From Cyanobacteria bacterium P01_A01_bin.123 (GTDB lineage Bacteria > Cyanobacteriota > Cyanobacteriia > Phormidesmidales > Phormidesmidaceae), in NCBI GenBank assembly GCA_039815185.1, contig JBCBZT010000078.1, positions 1 through 25,869 of the forward strand: DNA of 25,869 nt, given 5' to 3'. Below the pieces are notes generated by a model. The model saw nothing but the letters and a program-made list of their open reading frames with translations, did no database searches and had not been told where the DNA came from. Positions 20,092 to 25,869 of the stretch are shown one piece after another. A program made the position numbers and the translations under genes. Positions within the stretch are counted from its first letter, which is position 1. Each line of letters starts with the position of its first letter.

Positions 20092-20274
20092 AAGTTTTTA
20101 AATACTGACTCCAATGCTTGATACCCTTGATGCCTTGCGTGAGGTTCGTAAAGCTCGTCGGCTGAGTTAGCCAGAGCTGTTCCGTTCAATATAACAATTG
20201 CTTGAGTCAGACTTACAATGTCAAGAATGAAGCTTAAAATCAGGTTCAGTACGATGTTTGCATAGGAAACCTGG

Positions 20275-20634
20275 ATGCGAGAAATTCAGATTGCGGCTGG
20301 TTACAAAACGCGGATTATCCGACGTCAGTTCAGCAGTCTTGCGACAAGTTATACCTTTAATGTGGTCCCTGCAACTCAGAATAGTCACTTGGTGGGAACA
20401 GTGGAAATCAAGGGATCCAATTGGATTTTCCCAAAATCTATCCAAAGGGTACCACTGAAGCCGATCAACACTGTTACAGCAGGTGTGTGGGATACATTTT
20501 TTTCGGTTTACGTAATCCCAGAGGTTGATGTTGTCATTTCTCTGCCATCCAAGTCCTTTGGCGGGCGGCTATGGCTCATTGGTCTGGTTGTGGTTGTGAC
20601 AGGGGTTGCGATCGCACTCTTCCTTTTGACTTGA
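20275..20634 (+). CDS. Hypothetical protein with C-terminal membrane anchor
   Basis: 119-aa ORF, AGGA upstream of the ATG, hydrophobic C-terminus containing a HIP1 site. Confidence 0.65.
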   Translation: MREIQIAAGYKTRIIRRQFSSLATSYTFNVVPATQNSHLVGTVEIKGSNWIFPKSIQRVPLKPINTVTAGVWDTFFSVYVIPEVDVVISLPSKSFGGRLWLIGLVVVVTGVAIALFLLT

Positions 20635-20677
20635 CCCTCGGAGTCAATCGAACGAAATCCAGTGCATAGGCGTCCAA

Positions 20678-20701
20678 GTCCGCTGCAGTGAGATGTTACG
20701 C
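20678..20701 (-). other. attC-like half site (R''-L'' arm)
   Basis: The minus strand reads GCGTAAC-ATCTCACTG-CAGCGGAC. No partner arm was found. Confidence 0.45.
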
Positions 20702-20819
20702 AATGCCCACCGGAGATGCAGCATTTCAAACTTAGCAGAGGCAAAACTCTCGCGATCGCAAGGTTTTGTGCCTAGCATGAGGAAAGGACTTACATACCTC
20801 ACGGCTTATTGTATCCGTC

Positions 20820-21113
20820 ATGGATCCTGGCACACTCAATCGGCTGACTGCTCAAGCATATGCAATCGTCTTTCTGACTGGAGCAGGTGTCTCAGCCCCT
20901 TCGGGATTGCCTACATACACTGATGCGGATGGGAAGAGAGTTGATGAAGGTTCGGAGGATGGCTCTGGAGAACTGCAAAAGATCTACGCTGAGTTAACCA
21001 GTCAGATTGCTAATGCGCAGCCAAATGCCGCTCACTACTATCCTGGGTGGTTGCTTGCAAAAGGACACACTGTAGAGGTGATTACTCAAAGTAAGGAGAC
21101 TGTTCTCTCATGA
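20820..21113 (+). pseudogene. Sir2/CobB sirtuin N-terminal fragment
   Basis: VFLTGAGVSAPSGLPTY, AQPNAAH and VITQ are present. The expected N(V/I)D, catalytic HG and C-terminal half are missing. Confidence 0.8.
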
Positions 21114-21243
21114 CCTCGAAGTGGCGCAGATGGATAATCGCCCATCATAAGGGTGACTGCAGCCAGCTATTTGATTCAGCAATGTCGGTACGGGATAAGT
21201 TTCAGCTTTGAGTTCCTGACATGCTCAGACTGTGAAATGCATG

Positions 21244-21345
21244 GCCTAACAGTCCCGCTCACCGGAGCCAGGTAATCTATCTTTGCATCAACGCATCAAA
21301 ACTCTACATAGATTCGGATAGGCTCCGTTGGAGTGAATATAGCTT
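21244..21345 (-). other. Degenerate attC-like site
   Basis: Minus strand: ...CACTCCAACGGAGCC...GGCTCCGGTGAGCGGGACT-GTTAGGC. R' matches GTTRRRY, while R'' is decayed. Confidence 0.5.
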
Positions 21346-21517
21346 GTGCCATTTAGGTTAGGACACCTAGTAAAGATACAACTCATGGCACAGAGCCAAA
21401 TGGCGTCGCAGCCTTGTCCTAAGGTCACTGGCGACGGCTATAACTAGACACTTATTGAGATTGGGAGCCCACTCCAGGTAGGCTTAGTCTGAACTCTAGC
21501 ACCGGAAGTCCTGATTC

Positions 21518-22144
21518 ATGGCTCAACTTACTGTTTACGGTCCGACTATCAGCACATATGTCCGCACCGTTCGCATGATCCTAGAAGAGACCAACACCTC
21601 TTATGAGCTTCAGGGTGTGGACATCTTCTCAGATAGAACGTCTGAGTACCTTGGGCTCAATCCTTTTGGTAAGGTTCCTACTCTGAAAGTGGATGATCAG
21701 ATTCTTTATGAAACCAGCGCGATCGCTGAATATCTGGATGCTACAGTGGCTGATCATGCCTTCACGCCTAAAGATCCGATGGCTCAGGCATATATGCGTC
21801 AGATTATGTCGATTGTGGATAGCTACCTGTATGGGCCTTCTATCAGCGTGATCACTATCCAGCGCCTGATCGTACCCAGTCAAGGAGGTGAATCGGATGA
21901 GACAGCTATTCAAACTGCTGTTCCTAAGGTTACAACGGCCTTAGAGGCGATCGAATCCATCACAAGTTGTAATCTGTTCCTGTTGGGCGACATGATCACC
22001 CTAGCAGATTTCTATTTGATGCCTGTGATGTTCTATCTTTCCAAGACTCCTGAGATGAATTCAGTGACTGCTCAAACGCCGAAATTGAAAAGCTGGTGGG
22101 ACTCCATCAACCAACGCCCCAGTTTCCAGCAGGTGATCGCCTAG
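21518..22144 (+). CDS. Glutathione S-transferase family protein
   Basis: STYVRTVR, NPFGKVPTL, YETSAIAEYL and GDMITLADF motifs. Confidence 0.95.
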   Translation: MAQLTVYGPTISTYVRTVRMILEETNTSYELQGVDIFSDRTSEYLGLNPFGKVPTLKVDDQILYETSAIAEYLDATVADHAFTPKDPMAQAYMRQIMSIVDSYLYGPSISVITIQRLIVPSQGGESDETAIQTAVPKVTTALEAIESITSCNLFLLGDMITLADFYLMPVMFYLSKTPEMNSVTAQTPKLKSWWDSINQRPSFQQVIA

Positions 22145-22154
22145 GGATCTCGGC

Positions 22155-22207
22155 GTTTAGTATTACGGGATCTGTTACGGCAAGATCCCGTAATACTAAA
22201 CAGTTTT
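22155..22207 (+). terminator. Long perfect hairpin (probable terminator) after the GST gene
   Basis: 19-bp perfect IR GTTTAGTATTACGGGATCT/AGATCCCGTAATACTAAAC with a 9-nt loop. Confidence 0.8.
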
Positions 22208-22367
22208 CATTTAAGAAAACGGATCATTCACACTTAGCCCAAACAAATTTATTAGCAATTACCCCACAGCAATTGTTCTTTTGGCGGTGGATCTGGAGTC
22301 ATGGCAGTTGGCAAAAGGATCCGGGGGGAGAGGACAGGATCTGCAAAAACGTCGACGGGGACGTGAT

Positions 22368-22455
22368 GTCTAACGGCTCAAATCAGCGGCGACCAGTAGC
22401 CTAGGACTCAACCATCTGCAACTTTCAAACGTCCGCGGCATTTGAATGGTTATGT
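22368..22455 (-). other. attC-like site (88 bp, both arms)
   Basis: Minus strand: ACATAAC-CAT-TCAAAT-G-CCGCGG-A-CG ... CG-CCGCTG-ATTTGA-GCC-GTTAGAC. It shows paired arms, unpaired extra bases and R' = GTTAGAC. Confidence 0.65.
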
Positions 22456-22572
22456 AGCTGCAACAGAACCAAATTTTGACTCTCATAACGGTAAGCAAAA
22501 CACCAATTATTTCATCCTGATTTTTCACTTTGGCTGAGTAACGAAACATACTCTATAAAACTCTGAAACCTT

Positions 22573-22668
22573 TATAGCAGTTCCCACTCAAATGAAGTGC
22601 ATCAAAATCATTGACTGACAAGGTTTTTAGCTTCAACACTGTACCTCACCAAATAGAGATCCGCTATA
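22573..22668. mobile_element. MITE-like element with imperfect 29-bp terminal inverted repeats and TA ends
   Basis: Left TATAGCAGTTCCCACTCAAATGAAGTGCA versus reverse-complemented right TATAGCGGATCTCTATTTGGTGAGGTACA. No ORF inside. Confidence 0.65.
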
Positions 22669-22815
22669 TTAGCGCAAAAAATCAGAACAGAACCCTTTCG
22701 AAATAGTCTGAGAAGTTGGTAAAAAAATATCAACATTGAGTAGAATCAAACTCAAGGAGAGCAAATAGCTTATATGAGCAAAGATAATGAGAATTGAGTT
22801 TTCTATAGTTAACTT

Positions 22816-25542
22816 CTAGCAGAAGTGAGATCGGCGATATCGTTTAAACCTATCAATGTCGGTTTCACCCGAGAACAAAAAATCCAAAAAGCTAACGTTT
22901 TTATATTTGCAAGTCTGGTAAATACTTAGCAGCACTAAATATCTTTTGACTCCATTTTCTGTAAATCTTCCGCCTACAATATTTCTATAACTTGCGAATG
23001 CTTTAATCGCATGCTCAGCATTATTATTATTCCATGGAATATCATCATGGTTTAAGAATTCAAATAGTTTTATCCTATTTTTGATTAAACGAGATTTATA
23101 TTTCTCAAAAAGATCGGAACCAAAAGAAAAAGACTCCATCTTTTTATAAAAATTATCTACATCATACTTGTGCTTTTTTAGGTTTCTTTTTTTGAGTCCA
23201 TACTCGTCTATTGTCTCTACGATCATCTTAAGAAGAATCCCAAGATTTTTTACAAGCGTTTTGTATTCTTCGTCGAATGGATTCTTGTATAAATCATCAT
23301 TCATATCTCTGATAAGATGGATAAGGCATTTTTGTTGAAGGCATTTAACAGAATTATAAGCACTGTAAAAATCAGAAATTAATACACCATCAAAGTTTGC
23401 TATCTTACCTAGAATTTTCCCTTCTCTACTTGGAGAATAGATATAAAAAACTTCTTCAAAACTGGTAAATACCCAGACATAACCTTCCTCTCTTTGAATG
23501 TCTACTGTTGTTTCGTCTGCATGAATAAGCTTACCTGCATTAAGTTTTTCTAAGATCAGATCATAAGTCTTACTATAATCATTTGCCATTGAAATCATAG
23601 ATTTGTCCCAACCTGGAAAAATATAAAATCCAAATATATCTTTTAGATTTTCATAAATATCATTCTGAGATTGCTTCATTGCAACTCGCTGATAAACCAT
23701 ATACGCATAAACTCGATGCCCATATCTATTTTTGATTGCCTTAAATTCGTCTGATCTCCACCGATATTTACAAGATTGACACCAAGCTCTATGAGTAGAG
23801 AATTTTGTTGTCCATTTTTTTATTCCATATTTAAAGTACTTTAAATCGATTACCGTTTTGTGCACTCTGCCGCCCCTGTAGATTTTAGTATGGCCACATT
23901 TTGGACATTTACTGGGTAGGGCGAGTTCCACATACTTATTCACTTTGTGGTCTTGACGTACTCTTTTCAACTTTTTGTTAGCATTTTTATTTGAGCCTCT
24001 CTCCTTTTTGTTTCTGAAAAATATCTTTTCCCTTTGGTAATCGAAATAGGCACACTTATTAATGTAGTTAAGTTCTTCTAAGACAAAATCGTTTTTCTTA
24101 AATAAAAAATTTGAATTATCACTAGTTTTATTTGCGTCAACAACCTCGGATGAATCTGGTCTATTTTCTTTGTTTGAAAGTTTCAACATGAAATTGAAAA
24201 CATGTTGTAACGCAAAGCAATCCTCCAGATTATATTCGATAAGTTTTTGCTTCAATTTTTCATGGTGGCTTTTCTCCCACTGGTATCTCCAAGCAAGACT
24301 TTGCAGCCCAGATACGCCTGATTCTGACCATGAAAAGCCTATAGAATTTGCAATTTCCTTTAAAGAGTTGGAAAATGTGGGAAAGTAGATCTTTCCATAA
24401 ATACATGAATTTATATTAATCAGACGTTTCGTGATCTGATCAATATCAGTTGAATATCTCTTGGCTAATTGATTGATTGCCTTCACCTCGTAATTTCCAT
24501 AATGATAAATTGGCACCTCAGGATACTCGTTAATCTTCGCAAGTAATTGTTTCCAGATTGTTTCCTCATGCTCCGGGGTATCTGTCCAGAAGGATTTTTG
24601 GATACAATTTTCTCCTTCACACACTAACAGTCCCATCAGGTAATAAAACCGCTTATCGGGAATTCCCTCTATGTCTAGAAACAGCTCTACTGATTGCCGA
24701 GTTAACTTTGGCAATTCTTGAATATAGACCTTTTGCTCCCGAATTGCCAATGCCTGTAGTTCCAAGCTGTGTTTCACTGGCTCTGAAGTCTTCTGCTTTT
24801 TTCGTCTTCGACGAGGTCTGAACAAGTAAGACAGTTGTTGAACCGTGAAAATACCGCGACTATTATATTTTTGAATCGCCTTGGGCGTCATTCGATCTAA
24901 TAAACTGAGATTGTTTTCCTTCTCTGCTTGCTCCTGACAGATATGCTGAAATTGACAGGATGGGCAATGTTTGTTCAAAACTAAACTGGGAGTTTCAGTT
25001 GATTGAGCATTGCACCAACTTTCAAGCATTTTCAAAGATGTTTTGATGCCTTTATAACCATTTTCTAATTGAACTCGATGGGCTTTCCCATCCATGCCTA
25101 CTATTCGTCCTAGAGCAGGTACCTGCTTCTGAATCTGGCCTAGCACCAAGCCAACGAATAGTAGTTCTACTTTCTGCTCAGAGGTAATACTGCAAGTACC
25201 CGTGACGATTGTTGGCTCGTACCTGATTCGACGATTTGTCGAACTAGTATCCACTTTAGTCAAGACAGCACAGTACGCTTCCAATTGCTCCGACCTCAGT
25301 GTTGCATCAACCAGAAACTCATGCTTCTTGAAACCTTTTGTGTCATACGCTCTGGCTTCAGGGTGGTATTCTAGGAACTTTTCTAAATACTGGGATCGAT
25401 TGTTTTCACGACGTTCTTCCAGAATTAGCGGATAATTATGAGGCTCCCCCTTGTCCTCAGAAAACATAAGCAAAAAAGCTTTGCGAGGACACTGCGAATA
25501 GGCAACAAAGATTTCCGAAGTGATTACTGAAATATTGCTCAT
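22816..25542 (-). CDS. TM0106-type RecB/Cas4-like + RNase H-like (DEDD) exonuclease + zinc finger + IS66-family DDE transposase fusion
   Basis: CPRKAFL and HCPSCQFQHIC; FLDIEG, IYHYGNYE, SLKEIA and YNLEDC; CPKCG...CQSC; IS66 TnpC motifs IHADET, YVWVF, LISDFYSAY, QKCLIHLIRD and NNNAEHAIK. Confidence 0.88.
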   Translation of the reverse strand: MSNISVITSEIFVAYSQCPRKAFLLMFSEDKGEPHNYPLILEERRENNRSQYLEKFLEYHPEARAYDTKGFKKHEFLVDATLRSEQLEAYCAVLTKVDTSSTNRRIRYEPTIVTGTCSITSEQKVELLFVGLVLGQIQKQVPALGRIVGMDGKAHRVQLENGYKGIKTSLKMLESWCNAQSTETPSLVLNKHCPSCQFQHICQEQAEKENNLSLLDRMTPKAIQKYNSRGIFTVQQLSYLFRPRRRRKKQKTSEPVKHSLELQALAIREQKVYIQELPKLTRQSVELFLDIEGIPDKRFYYLMGLLVCEGENCIQKSFWTDTPEHEETIWKQLLAKINEYPEVPIYHYGNYEVKAINQLAKRYSTDIDQITKRLININSCIYGKIYFPTFSNSLKEIANSIGFSWSESGVSGLQSLAWRYQWEKSHHEKLKQKLIEYNLEDCFALQHVFNFMLKLSNKENRPDSSEVVDANKTSDNSNFLFKKNDFVLEELNYINKCAYFDYQREKIFFRNKKERGSNKNANKKLKRVRQDHKVNKYVELALPSKCPKCGHTKIYRGGRVHKTVIDLKYFKYGIKKWTTKFSTHRAWCQSCKYRWRSDEFKAIKNRYGHRVYAYMVYQRVAMKQSQNDIYENLKDIFGFYIFPGWDKSMISMANDYSKTYDLILEKLNAGKLIHADETTVDIQREEGYVWVFTSFEEVFYIYSPSREGKILGKIANFDGVLISDFYSAYNSVKCLQQKCLIHLIRDMNDDLYKNPFDEEYKTLVKNLGILLKMIVETIDEYGLKKRNLKKHKYDVDNFYKKMESFSFGSDLFEKYKSRLIKNRIKLFEFLNHDDIPWNNNNAEHAIKAFASYRNIVGGRFTENGVKRYLVLLSIYQTCKYKNVSFLDFLFSGETDIDRFKRYRRSHFC

Positions 25543-25687
25543 GGCAATCTCTCATTTTTGCCCTGGATTGGCAATATAAATATATATTCAGCGTCAAATC
25601 TAGTAGATAAGATCCACATTTCCGGATCTTATGCGTCACTTTTGGGTGATAACACCCTTATATACAGAACTTATAGGCAACTTTTGA

Positions 25688-25869
25688 GTGCGACACGTTC
25701 CTCTGAAACCAGTTCTGGGGAAGGAGGACAAGGTCGAGAACCTTGATAACTGATGTCTGATAAGGGTGAAAGTCCCTTCCTCCCGGTAGTGGAGTGACAG
25801 CATAGCCCCCAGGTTTGCGACTGGCCATCAACGCCTGAAGCGGGGTTAAACGGCAGTAACCAAAAGCCT
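25688..25869 (+). mobile_element. Group II intron, 5' end (domain I), continuing beyond the window
   Basis: Starts with GTGCG (GUGYG consensus). Nested stems AAAC..CTGGGG/CCCCAG-GTTT and GGAGGA/TCCTCC, plus hairpins CAAGGT-CGAGA-ACCTTG and AAGGG-TGAAAGT-CCCTT with GNRA loops. Confidence 0.8.

Noticed and set aside
22096..22404. 102-aa ORF after the GST gene
   Set aside because: It crosses the terminator hairpin and the attC-like site, so it is probably spurious.
22492..22520. GTAAGC... as an IS66 terminal inverted repeat
   Set aside because: It matches the usual IS66 start, but no complementary end was found between 25543 and the intron, so it cannot be supported within the window.
22200..22815. 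CRISPR-like array next to the Cas4-like fusion
   Set aside because: No regularly spaced direct repeats were seen here or elsewhere in the window.
25558..25746. 62-aa ORF spanning the intron boundary
   Set aside because: It reads through the GTGCG junction into structured intron RNA, with no coding evidence.

Overview
Cyanobacterial chromosomal window: the HIP1 octamer GCGATCGC is frequent from about 950 to 21730, and ftsH3, nblA and cofH are present. An AT-rich membrane-protein ORF runs off the left edge. The core-like middle holds a TPR lytic transglycosylase, a tightly packed pepN > Rpn (DUF2887/DUF4351-type) nuclease > truncated DNA methyltransferase-like run, a HAD hydrolase, ftsH3, nblA with an NtcA box, a SemiSWEET transporter, cofH, and a divergent hydrolase/TetR pair with twin operators. 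From about 19700 the region becomes an accessory mosaic. It contains truncated GNAT and Sir2 genes, a GST, several integron attC-like sites with no integrase, a 96-bp MITE, and a 908-aa protein fusing a Cas4/RecB-like (TM0106-type) module, a DEDD-like exonuclease and an IS66 DDE transposase. The 5' end of a group II intron lies at the right edge. All calls come from motif recognition by eye; no searches were run.
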